From Shewanella phage FishSpeaker: a stretch of 40,000 nt of DNA. The stretch is from the sequence record OP589283.1. One strand, given 5' to 3'. Position 1 is the first letter of the stretch, and each line of letters opens with the position of its first letter. Shown piece after piece: positions 16,635 to 25,660 of the stretch. The notes below the pieces were generated by a model, which made no database searches, had not been told where the DNA came from, and saw only the letters and a program-made list of their open reading frames with translations. The translations under genes and the position numbers were made by a program.

Positions 16635-18785
16635 ATGAGTACAAAGGCTTCTTCCCCATTTAAAGATACGGCATATTTTAAAGACCGTAACTTGCAACTT
16701 CATTACTGTAAACAAATGGCTTTTTTGTTATCTCGTTTATATAACAAACCAGAAGCAGAAATCCGACCATTGGTAGATCAAATATTCAAACGCAATACCA
16801 ACGGATTTAAAGACATCAAATTCAAAATTATTAAGAAAAACAAATACGGAGACCGTGAATTTAAAATTGTTAATGCGGGTGATTTCTTTAATGAAGCTGA
16901 AGCAAACAATTATCACGTTAGTCCGAGTTTGGTATGTTACACCCATTCTGATACTGAACAATCCGTAAACAGTATTGGTACAGTTAAGTTCTTGAAAGAT
17001 CGTAAGTTATATAAAACCAAACGTCAAGAAGCCAAAGCGGTTGGCAATAAAGAAGATGAACGGGCATTCGACCAGATTCAGAACGCGTTAAAGATATTCA
17101 ACAATGCTCAGTCTGGCGCAATGAGTAGTAACGGCACCCCTATTAATAATAAAAGTGGACATACTACTTTAACGTCTACTTGTCGTGTGTTAACCAGTTT
17201 AGCCAACATGATGAACGAACGGTTATTAAGTGGAAACCGATTGTTTATCAACTATGAGAAAACCATTGAGAACTTCCTAAGTTTGATTGTTCATACTGAC
17301 TTACCACGACTAGAAGCGTTTATGTTGACCAACAACATGAGACACGCTACTGTTGATGAAGTTATGACGATGGTGAAACGCTGCACTTATTACTACTGGA
17401 GTGATACGGGCAGAATGAAAATGATTCAATCGTTTGTTGAATTGTTGTCTCCTGTTGAACGTTCTGCCATTCTGATGATTAGCGACTTAAGTGGGTTGTT
17501 AGCTACTAACAAAGATATCTTAATTCGTTTCTTACAGGATTTCGTTCATGTCCCTGAATACGTTAAAGGTAAGGAAGGGATTGAACCCAGTAACGCTGAT
17601 TACTATATTTTGTGTGTTGGTAAGTTGCGTCGTGATCCTTCTGTTAAAGTAAGTGATACTGAATCTGAAGAAGTGAAGGCTGCAGCCAAGCTTAGAGAGA
17701 AAGAGTTAAAACAGGAGTTAGAAGAATACGTTAATCAATTAAACGAATACCATTTAAGTGTAGAAGCAAAATGGAAGGAGTTTATCGAGCTATTCTTTAA
17801 AGTGAGTGTTCCACCAAGTGGGATTTACAACATTAAAGAAATGGTACGTGAAAACGTATTAACATCGGATACTGACTCCAGTATTTATACTGTAGATGAA
17901 ATCCTAGACTTATTAGGAGAAGATGAAGATACTCAACTCAACCTTAATGCTGCGCTTACTTACATGATTCGGATGATCAGTGTTCACCAACATGCGATGT
18001 TCAGTAAGAACATGAATGTGGCGGATAATAACTTGTATCGTCTCAATATGAAAAACGAATTCATGTTTGGTAGTTATGTAACCACCTTAATGAGTAAACA
18101 TTATTATGCTACTCAGGTGATGGTAGAAGGAGTGATGAACAAAACCATTGAAATGGAAATTAAAGGAGTCCATCTACGTAGTAGTAAAATCGCCAAAGCC
18201 ATTAAGGATTTTGCGCATCAGTTAATGCGGGATATTTTAGATGCTATCTATCATAAACGTAAGTTGGACGCGGCACGTATTCTGGCGGAAGTAGGTAATT
18301 TGGAACGGATGATTATTGAAGACATCATGGTTAAACGGAGCCCCGTCTGGTTAACGGTTAACACCATTAAAGACGATACTGCGTATGAAAATCCTGATTC
18401 CAGTATTTATCAATACCACAAGTTATGGGAATCTGTCTTTGCAGATAAATACGGTAGTCCTCCTGATATTCCGTATCGGGCATATAAGCTTAATACTGTC
18501 ATGGGGAGCAAGACTAAGTTAAACAACTATTTAAACGAACTTGAAAACAGTGGATTTAAAGATCGGTTTATTAGTTACTGTGATGACCGTAAAGACCTTA
18601 ACGCCATTTATCTTCCGATAGAAGTCATTGAAAAAACAGGAGTATTCCCTAAAGAGATTATTCCGGCGGTAGATATTCGCGGTATTATCCAACAAAACCT
18701 AAAAAGTGTTTATGCAGTATTAGAAACGACGGGATTGTATTTCTTAAATAAAAAGATTACCCGTCTTGTTAGTGACGAACATTAA
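16635..18785 (+). CDS. family B DNA polymerase, C-terminal (palm/thumb) portion
   Basis: Motif B-like QNALKIFNNAQSGAMS, motif C SDTDSSIYTVDE, thumb-entry KHYYATQVMVEG..MEIKGVHLRSSK, C-terminal AIYLP...DIRG..QQNLKSVYAVLETTGL. Confidence 0.75.
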   Translation: MSTKASSPFKDTAYFKDRNLQLHYCKQMAFLLSRLYNKPEAEIRPLVDQIFKRNTNGFKDIKFKIIKKNKYGDREFKIVNAGDFFNEAEANNYHVSPSLVCYTHSDTEQSVNSIGTVKFLKDRKLYKTKRQEAKAVGNKEDERAFDQIQNALKIFNNAQSGAMSSNGTPINNKSGHTTLTSTCRVLTSLANMMNERLLSGNRLFINYEKTIENFLSLIVHTDLPRLEAFMLTNNMRHATVDEVMTMVKRCTYYYWSDTGRMKMIQSFVELLSPVERSAILMISDLSGLLATNKDILIRFLQDFVHVPEYVKGKEGIEPSNADYYILCVGKLRRDPSVKVSDTESEEVKAAAKLREKELKQELEEYVNQLNEYHLSVEAKWKEFIELFFKVSVPPSGIYNIKEMVRENVLTSDTDSSIYTVDEILDLLGEDEDTQLNLNAALTYMIRMISVHQHAMFSKNMNVADNNLYRLNMKNEFMFGSYVTTLMSKHYYATQVMVEGVMNKTIEMEIKGVHLRSSKIAKAIKDFAHQLMRDILDAIYHKRKLDAARILAEVGNLERMIIEDIMVKRSPVWLTVNTIKDDTAYENPDSSIYQYHKLWESVFADKYGSPPDIPYRAYKLNTVMGSKTKLNNYLNELENSGFKDRFISYCDDRKDLNAIYLPIEVIEKTGVFPKEIIPAVDIRGIIQQNLKSVYAVLETTGLYFLNKKITRLVSDEH

Positions 18786-18794
18786 GGAGCATTG

Positions 18795-19274
18795 ATGTAC
18801 ATTATTGTTGAGGGGATTAATAAAAGTGACACCACGAGACGTTGTCATGCGGTAACTGCTCGTTTAGGGATTAACCCCATTATCTTAGGATTCCCGAGTG
18901 ATCATTGCAGCAGTGCAAGAGCGACTCGTCATACGCTAGAGTTTGATTCCGTCATTACTGACGAGCAACGAGAAGAGTTAATCGTTAAAGAATTTAAATT
19001 ACTTAACGATTACGCTCAGACACTCATTGCTAAAGGACACTCTGTTATTATTAATGGTGGGCCTTTTTCTTATTTACACTGTCAGAACAAATTACCTGAT
19101 TTCACGACAGTTAAGAAATTGAAAAACATCCTGCCTGATGGTGTGCTATTTGAAAAGATAATGACTCCCCCAGTAAAGATAGTTGGAAAGAGTCATTTTG
19201 CTAAATGGATAGAGAAAGATGAAAATATCGCCATTTGGACTACTCGCATAACTGAAGTGTTTAAAATGATTTAA
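18795..19274 (+). CDS. thymidylate kinase-like pseudokinase
   Basis: MYIIVEGINKSDTTRR aligns with MYIVIEGIDCSGKDTV; FPSDHCSSARATRHTLEFD aligns with EPSDHSEHCRDIRKTLEFT; P-loop GK lost. Confidence 0.75.
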   Translation: MYIIVEGINKSDTTRRCHAVTARLGINPIILGFPSDHCSSARATRHTLEFDSVITDEQREELIVKEFKLLNDYAQTLIAKGHSVIINGGPFSYLHCQNKLPDFTTVKKLKNILPDGVLFEKIMTPPVKIVGKSHFAKWIEKDENIAIWTTRITEVFKMI

Positions 19275-19280
19275 TCAATA

Positions 19281-19316
19281 CCTTACCCTATTCCCTTAAT
19301 TGGGAATAGGGTAAGG
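19281..19316 (+). terminator. hairpin terminator
   Basis: CCTTACCCTATTCCC TTAATT GGGAATAGGGTAAGG. Confidence 0.8.
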
Positions 19317-19331
19317 GTTATCTATGCGTTT

Positions 19332-19375
19332 ATTTTTAACTTATGTTTCATTTCAGGTCTATATAACTTAGGTGA
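19332..19375 (+). promoter_or_regulatory. phage promoter-like element, copy C
   Basis: 44 bp identical to 2087-2130; GGTGAGT (19371-19377) pairs with ACTCACC (19399-19405) with near-complementary inner arms. Confidence 0.75.
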
Positions 19376-19435
19376 GTAAGATGCAAACCTTTGTATCGAC
19401 TCACCGTTTAGTTGCGCGACTAAGTGAGGTTAAAC

Positions 19436-20149
19436 ATGCAAACAAACAACAAAAAGAAACATGGGGGGGCAAAACCAGATAAACTTCCTCCATGTGAGGG
19501 TTTTGTCGTATTGCCCAAATACGGGAATCATCCAGTAATGGATATTTCCCACACCATCGCCAAAAGCGATGAAACTGTTTTAAAAGCAGAATCTCATATT
19601 CCAGATGAGATTCTAGAAGAAGCTAATTCCTTAATGGAAAAAGCAAACCAATTAACTAACGTTTTAAACGAGGGTAAGGCCATGGAAAATTTAGCAACTC
19701 AACAATCACAAGTCGCCGGTCAACAAGCGGCAGAGTGTGCAGCTCAACAAACTCAACAGTTTGCTGAAGACACAATGAAGCAATCTGTTGATGCTGCGCA
19801 AAAAGCAGCTCAGCAAACCCTTAAAGAAGGGGATGTGGGTTTTATCACCTATGGCAAAGGTGATAAAGTACATTGGGCTGTAGCTGCGGGTGTAGGCGCC
19901 GTTATCGGTGCTGCGGTTAACTTTGACCAACCATTGACTACAATGGCGGTTGGAGCTGTAACATCTGGTATCGCTGCTGGTGTTACTCATCACTACGTTG
20001 ATGACTACAGCGCGCCAGCAGCAGTAGCCGCAGCCTTAGCTGTTGGTACTGGTGTGCGTTTCCTAGCCCCAACAGTGGGTTTAGGTAAAGCCAAAGAAAA
20101 CGACTTCGTGTTACCAGAAGTCGCGCCTGAGTTTAATCAATACGCATAA
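19436..20149 (+). CDS. glycine-zipper membrane-type protein, C-terminus APEFNQYA
   Basis: Start MQTNNKKKHGG after GTGAGG RBS; AVAAGVGAVIGAAVNF...AVGAVTSGIAAGVTHH; C-terminal identity to 2189-2623. Confidence 0.75.
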   Translation: MQTNNKKKHGGAKPDKLPPCEGFVVLPKYGNHPVMDISHTIAKSDETVLKAESHIPDEILEEANSLMEKANQLTNVLNEGKAMENLATQQSQVAGQQAAECAAQQTQQFAEDTMKQSVDAAQKAAQQTLKEGDVGFITYGKGDKVHWAVAAGVGAVIGAAVNFDQPLTTMAVGAVTSGIAAGVTHHYVDDYSAPAAVAAALAVGTGVRFLAPTVGLGKAKENDFVLPEVAPEFNQYA

Positions 20150-20157
20150 GTAATGTT

Positions 20158-20189
20158 AGTAACCTGCTCCCGATTGGGAGCAGGTTACT
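20158..20189. terminator. bidirectional terminator between convergent genes
   Basis: AGTAACCTGCTCCC GATT GGGAGCAGGTTACT, T-tract on + strand. Confidence 0.85.
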
Positions 20190-20205
20190 CTTCATTATTT
20201 TTTTT

Positions 20206-21330
20206 TTAATTCATGTTGAGTTCATTAAGAATAATAACTTCTTTTACCAACGCAGTTAAGTGTTCCGCAACTTTACGGTCATTTAACTGACGATATCGTT
20301 TAATCATTTTATCCGATTGGATTGACACCATGGTGTTGATATCACCTGCACGATAAAACTCTCTATTAGCGTAATGAAGGTATAAACGAATAATCTTTAA
20401 CATCATTGCGTCTAACACCCAACGAAGGTTATTGAAGTTATCCAATTGTTTAATCATGCCCTTATTACCACCCACAATCGAATAAGGGGATAATGAGATA
20501 TCTTCCTCGTAGATTGAGAAGATCTGTTTAACCAATTGATCTAAATGGGTGATGCGTTTTTGAGAAAAGGTTACTTGCAAGAAAGTCAAGTATTTCCTCA
20601 ACTCACTTTCCTCACTTAACGTAAAGAAAGCAGTATAATCCATTTGAACACTTTCAGCGAACGGTTTATCGTAAAAACAAAAGTCATGTAGCGCATTGAC
20701 TATATTGAGTTCATTATGAACCAGTGCTGCCTTACGCAAAGGATAGTTAACTAGATAGGCGTGGATGCCGGTACCTTGTCCTTGGTGATTACGCATATAC
20801 CACCACCAACCAATAGCAAGTTCAACCACGTCAATCCCAATAAAAGCAAACTTGTTCTTATTAGTAAACCCATCACTTGTTCGTTCAATACTTGCGTTAT
20901 AATCCACAAACGTATCATTTATATACGTTGGAATAATAGGAGTAAGATCAGAAATATTTAATTTTTCTTCTACGTAAGTCCTATCATTATACACCGAGAA
21001 TAACACCTCGTATGTGTCTTTATAAAACACATTCGTTTTGGCTTCTGCATTCCGGTTAATGTTGGTGATACCACAAATACTGCACACACTGTTTTGTCTG
21101 TGTTTCACAATGATGATTAAATCTTCTAGTGACCAACTTGAATCAATAGATAATAATTGTAAAAGGTTAACTAACGGATGACTGTTGTTTAAATTATACC
21201 CGGTTCTGAGAATCCATTCATCCATTTGTCCACGGTTGAATTCGGTAATGCGTCTCAGATTATCTAGCGTGGTATACGTTCTTAACGGGTAATTCGATAC
21301 GTATGGATTAGGTATTCTTAAATACGACAT
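20206..21330 (-). CDS. hypothetical phage protein, minus strand
   Basis: 374-aa ORF divergent from the 21511 gene; contains a CSICG pair. Confidence 0.8.
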   Translation of the reverse strand: MSYLRIPNPYVSNYPLRTYTTLDNLRRITEFNRGQMDEWILRTGYNLNNSHPLVNLLQLLSIDSSWSLEDLIIIVKHRQNSVCSICGITNINRNAEAKTNVFYKDTYEVLFSVYNDRTYVEEKLNISDLTPIIPTYINDTFVDYNASIERTSDGFTNKNKFAFIGIDVVELAIGWWWYMRNHQGQGTGIHAYLVNYPLRKAALVHNELNIVNALHDFCFYDKPFAESVQMDYTAFFTLSEESELRKYLTFLQVTFSQKRITHLDQLVKQIFSIYEEDISLSPYSIVGGNKGMIKQLDNFNNLRWVLDAMMLKIIRLYLHYANREFYRAGDINTMVSIQSDKMIKRYRQLNDRKVAEHLTALVKEVIILNELNMN

Positions 21331-21374
21331 AGTTAAATTCCAAGAAGCAATCTATTATATGTAGAAACAAAACA

Positions 21375-21398
21375 ACAGGACCCTACCTGTTATAGGGT
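21375..21398. repeat. interlocked inverted repeats
   Basis: AACAGG-ACCCTA-CCTGTT-A-TAGGGT (a b a' A b'). Confidence 0.85.
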
Positions 21399-21434
21399 TA
21401 TGTGTGCTGTTTCAATTTTCATAGAATTTCTGAC

Positions 21435-21453
21435 GTCTATATTACTTAGGCGA
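21435..21453 (+). promoter_or_regulatory. phage promoter-like element, copy D
   Basis: GTCTATATTACTTAGGCGA; leader hairpin GAATAA TGTT TTATTC (21460-21475) and palindrome CAGTAACGTTACTG (21478-21491). Confidence 0.75.
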
Positions 21454-21510
21454 ATGAATGAATAATGTTTTATTCTTCAGTAACGTTACTGTAACAAAAA
21501 GGAAAACGAT

Positions 21511-23526
21511 ATGCAAAAAGGTGAAAACACAACCTTCAACCAATCCAGTTGGGAAACAAAGAGTAAAGAAACCACAGGGTCTAACGCCTTAGCATTGCAA
21601 GGTTTAGGTGCCCTCTTTGGTCTGACTTCTTTAACTGCCGATAACCGCAACTTGGCCGATGTGGACTCAGTGGTTGAAAGTTTAACCAAATCTTTTGAAA
21701 CACACAAAACGTCTACGACCAAAGACGTACAACTTCAAATCATTCCGAAAATCGAAAAGCTGACTTCTCAAGTTAGCCCTAATTTACCCGGTCTGTGTTT
21801 GAGCAAAGAAATCGGTGACGTGTTGTATGTAAGCATTGCGTTATTCTCTAACGACCAGCTAAACATCGTTAGCAAAAATATTCCGATGTATCCATCAAGC
21901 GACATGCCAGCCAATGCGATGTTTGGCAGCATCGTGTCTACTCAATGGACACCTAGCCAGTACATCAACAAAGAAATCAAAGACAACGTTGAAGCGTTCT
22001 ACTCAGCGGGCGGTAAGAAAGTCACTATTATCTGTATGACAGTAGTCGACTTGGAAATGTACAAGCATTCTGAAGTGCTTGATGACAAAGACCGTGTCCG
22101 TCGTATCAGCAGCATGCTGGCACAAGAATGGGAAGAAGCGGTTCTGATTCAAATCGCGCTTGAAGCAGTAGGTGCAGGTGTTAAATTACCATCTCCATTC
22201 AAAACGCCAGAAAAGCCATACGGCCAACATGGTTCTGCTGAAGCTCGCGTTAACGTTATCGAAAGCCGTGTTAACACTGCTGGTCAGATTTCACCTGCCA
22301 ACATGGAAATTGTGGTTACTACCAGCAACCCTAATGCCATGGCAACATCTAACCAAGCCAATGCTAAAGAAATCGCCCGTGTTCGCTGTAACGTTGCGTT
22401 GAGTGCTACATCGTTTGAAAGCTGGTTATCAGCTAACAAATCTAACCTCACTGCCGGTATGCCTTTCTATGGCATGGCTGAAGGTTACAACGGTTATCAG
22501 CCTTTACGTCCTATCATCACAATCGATCAGGTTTTCCCTGGCGAACAATTAAACTACAACGGTGGTTTGTACACACTGTTCTATGGTTTATATGCCGCTA
22601 TGACAACCAACAACAACTACGTATTCGCCGATGCGATTCGTAAACCTTCTGCACGTGGTTCTTTAGCCGACCTCGAGCGTCGTATCGAAATGATGATGAT
22701 GTCTTATCCTCAAACCAACATGATTCTTTCTCAGTCACCACGCACAGTGTTAGATGAGAAGAAAATGGGTGATGCTGATTTAGTCAGCCAATGGATTAAA
22801 ACCAACGTCAGCAAACATGCGACTTTCCAAATCAACTTGATTCGTCATGGTGTCAACAGTGCGTTGAACAACTTCCTGATCAAGCTGGCTGAAAAGCGTA
22901 CATTTGAACTGCGTGAAGGCGATGGCGAAAAGTCTCTGATGTCAGTTGAGCTTAACACTGTTATCAGCATTCTGAACGCGATGACCAGCGGTGTATTCAG
23001 CAAGAAGTGTACTGAAAACAAAGCTGCGGGTAAAGGCTGGTGGCCAGGCAAACCAATCCTGTATACCACTAACACCATCACTGCCAACGGGTTAACTCAT
23101 CACAAAGGCAAGTGGATTAACACACTTGAATTAGATGAAACCATGTTGGGTAACATCAAAGGCAAGAACACTAACGCCATGTTACAATACATGATGTTAA
23201 GCTATGGTCGTGCCGACAGTAACGATGGTAAAGACCGTGAAAGCCGTTGCCACAAAATCGGTGTGTCTCTGAAAGAAGGTATGTTCTCTGAGCGTGTACA
23301 TATTAACGCTTATGCGACTCCTTGTATTCTGAACCCTGAATTTATGGCGGTGTTAGGTGCATCTATGAACAGCATTGGTACAATGAACACCACTGGTAGC
23401 TATGGTACTTACCAACCTGACAGCATGATTTTCGCTCCAGGTATGGGATTAGCCACTACTATCAGCGTAGGCCACGACTCTTTAATGGGTGACCTGGCCA
23501 ACTACTCAAGCGGTGTCATTTACTAA
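21511..23526 (+). CDS. candidate phage-nucleus shell protein (chimallin/ChmA-like)
   Basis: 671 aa, own strong promoter-like element and terminator, directly upstream of the RNAP beta' N-part gene as recalled for phiKZ gp54-gp55; no motif-level proof. Confidence 0.5.
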   Translation: MQKGENTTFNQSSWETKSKETTGSNALALQGLGALFGLTSLTADNRNLADVDSVVESLTKSFETHKTSTTKDVQLQIIPKIEKLTSQVSPNLPGLCLSKEIGDVLYVSIALFSNDQLNIVSKNIPMYPSSDMPANAMFGSIVSTQWTPSQYINKEIKDNVEAFYSAGGKKVTIICMTVVDLEMYKHSEVLDDKDRVRRISSMLAQEWEEAVLIQIALEAVGAGVKLPSPFKTPEKPYGQHGSAEARVNVIESRVNTAGQISPANMEIVVTTSNPNAMATSNQANAKEIARVRCNVALSATSFESWLSANKSNLTAGMPFYGMAEGYNGYQPLRPIITIDQVFPGEQLNYNGGLYTLFYGLYAAMTTNNNYVFADAIRKPSARGSLADLERRIEMMMMSYPQTNMILSQSPRTVLDEKKMGDADLVSQWIKTNVSKHATFQINLIRHGVNSALNNFLIKLAEKRTFELREGDGEKSLMSVELNTVISILNAMTSGVFSKKCTENKAAGKGWWPGKPILYTTNTITANGLTHHKGKWINTLELDETMLGNIKGKNTNAMLQYMMLSYGRADSNDGKDRESRCHKIGVSLKEGMFSERVHINAYATPCILNPEFMAVLGASMNSIGTMNTTGSYGTYQPDSMIFAPGMGLATTISVGHDSLMGDLANYSSGVIY

Positions 23527-23560
23527 TATTTGCTAATAGTCGCTAATAGTAAATAAACTT

Positions 23561-23596
23561 TATAACCCAGTTGGAGTAAAATCCAACTGGGTTATA
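23561..23596 (+). terminator. intrinsic terminator
   Basis: TATAACCCAGTTGGA ... TCCAACTGGGTTATA followed by TTTTTATT. Confidence 0.85.
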
Positions 23597-23629
23597 TTTT
23601 TATTCTCTTTTTAGTTTAAGGATAACACT

Positions 23630-25650
23630 ATGCAATTTCCAGAATTAACTGATAGTAATCGCCTCGCTATTGAAGCGCTCACTAAAATCAGTGTGGAAAG
23701 TTTAGATCCAACCAGTCGTTATCAGGCATTTGCGAAAGGAATGAACTTAGCTGAAAACTTTGATTACTTCCAATCGTTATACCCTGATTTTGAAGACTAC
23801 AATTTTTTACATGACAGTTGTCCTCATCAGCAAATTTATTTAAATGACTTTGACTTTAATTTAGAAACTGACCGAGAACATCTCGCACAATTAATGCGGC
23901 TCGAATTTAAAGGTAATACTTTTGAGACCATTGCAAGTTGTGGTTGTTCTACTGGTGGGTTACGTGGCAACTACTTATTAGGTAGCGGTAGAGTTTGCCC
24001 GCGTTGCGGTAACGAGGTTGAACGTTTCTTAGATAAGGGTAATCAATCCAAACTGTGGTTAAAAACTCCTGAAGGAGTGGCTAAGTTTATCAATATCGGG
24101 GTGTACAACAATTTATTGACCAATATTAAAGTCAGTAAAACAGGCCCGGTGTGTTTACCTCAATACTTTATGTCGAGTAAGTATCGCCGTAAACTACAGA
24201 AAGAAAAAATTGGGAGTGTGCAGTTAGTTGAACAAATCCTCAATGACTTAGATATTAAGAAAGAAGATGTGTGTTTAAATACGTTTGTAGAACGTTATGA
24301 CGACATTATGGAATTCTTATTGAATGGTCCAGGGTTACGCACTTATACCAAAATAGGTGTAAGAGCACCCGCTTATTACGAGATTTATAAACACTCTCGT
24401 GATGTTGTTTTTAGTGACTATTTGAAAGTACCTAATCGTCAAAGCACCATTCTGGAAAATTCAGGTCGAAATGTTTACGCAACCAAAAATCAATTAGAAG
24501 TTAACCGACTGATTATTGATATTGCGGACACCAAACGGTCTGATGATTTCTACGCGCTTAATGCTAAAGATATTCGCCACAACAATGATGTGGTGGGTAA
24601 CTCATTGGTTGAATTAAGTGAGATTCTGAATGGTAAAATCAGTAAGTCTCATTTATTTGGTAAATACCAGTTAAGCCGTCACCATGTGAGTAGTGGTAGT
24701 ATCCCGTTTACTGGTCGTGCAATTATTGCAAGTGAAACGGGTATACTTGATAATAGCAAATTGATTATCCCTTGGCGGATGGCGTTAAACATTTGTTATT
24801 ACCACATCTTTAACGCGTTTTACCGAGATGGATTGTCTCCTAAGCAAGCTGCTAAGAAATTTAACTTAGCGGGTTATGCTTTTGATGAAAAAATCTCCAA
24901 GATATTTGAACGGGTGGAACAAGAGTGTAAGTCAGCTATACAAGCTGGTCGTAACCCAAGTAACGAATACCTAAGTTTACGGGTGTTCTTTATGGTGGTT
25001 AACCGTTGTTTAGAGGATGAATCCATCCACATTCCAATTTTAGCTTGTGGTGAGTACAACAGCGATTTCGACGGTAAACTACAACGATTGCCGTCGTTAA
25101 ACTTCTCTAACTGCTGGAACGCCGTAAAGTTCATTTAACTACAACGTGACTGGAAACGGTGAGCGTGAATGTGGTCGAAAGACAGAAAAAATAAATGAAA
25201 TGACCTATGCTTAATATCCCTGTTTAGTTTAATGGGGTGCTAAGGGTATCATAATTGGTAATCAGCAACGAAGTCTATTCTTAGGAGTGGATGTGTTCAA
25301 CGACTAGGTGGGTCAAAATCGTGACTCGAACGGGAAGTAAACTTTCAGGATGAAGGTTGAAAGATATAGTCTCAACCGGTATGAAAGTATCGGAGTAAGT
25401 TTTAGCCAACTTACGACAGTGTGACGTACTGTTTAAAAACTTTAGAGCAATCTAAAGAACAATGAAATTGGATCAAATGTACGTAATGTTTTTACTGGAT
25501 AATGAATCCAAGGCAAAAAGTTATGGTGCTTTAGGTCATCAACAAATGTTGGATAAAAACAAGTTATTTACGGTAGGTGGTTATGCAGCTCAAACCGCAA
25601 CTAACTTGATGAATCTTAACACAATGATGATTAAGACAAAACTCAAGTAA
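23630..25650 (+). CDS. RNA polymerase beta' subunit, N-terminal part; interrupted by group I intron (exons 23630-25075 and 25471-25650)
   Basis: Zinc-finger-like CGCSTGG...CPRCG, VRAPAYYE..., spliced catalytic motif YNSDFDG|DQMYVMF; exons join in frame to 541 aa. Confidence 0.85.
25076..25470 (+). other. ORF-less group I intron, 395 nt
   Basis: P1: exon CGACGGU pairs with internal guide GCCGUCG (U.G at splice site); P7 strands GACTA (25302-25306) and TAGTC (25367-25371) in AACGACTA / AAGATATAGTC; terminal G. Confidence 0.9.
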
Positions 25651-25660
25651 GGAGAACTTT

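Noticed and set aside
22172-22402. Alternative-frame ORFs inside the 21511 gene (also 22845-23087 minus, 21486-21722 minus)
   Set aside because: Embedded in a longer, better supported CDS with no initiation signals
23532-23553. Direct repeat GCTAATAGTC/GCTAATAGTA after the 21511 gene
   Set aside because: Only two short copies in an AT-rich gap before a terminator; probably incidental
25076-25138. C-terminal tail KLQRLPSLNFSNCWNAVKFI of the 502-aa polymerase ORF and the internal ATG 25462 of the downstream ORF
   Set aside because: Both are artefacts of reading into the group I intron; splicing restores the catalytic motif
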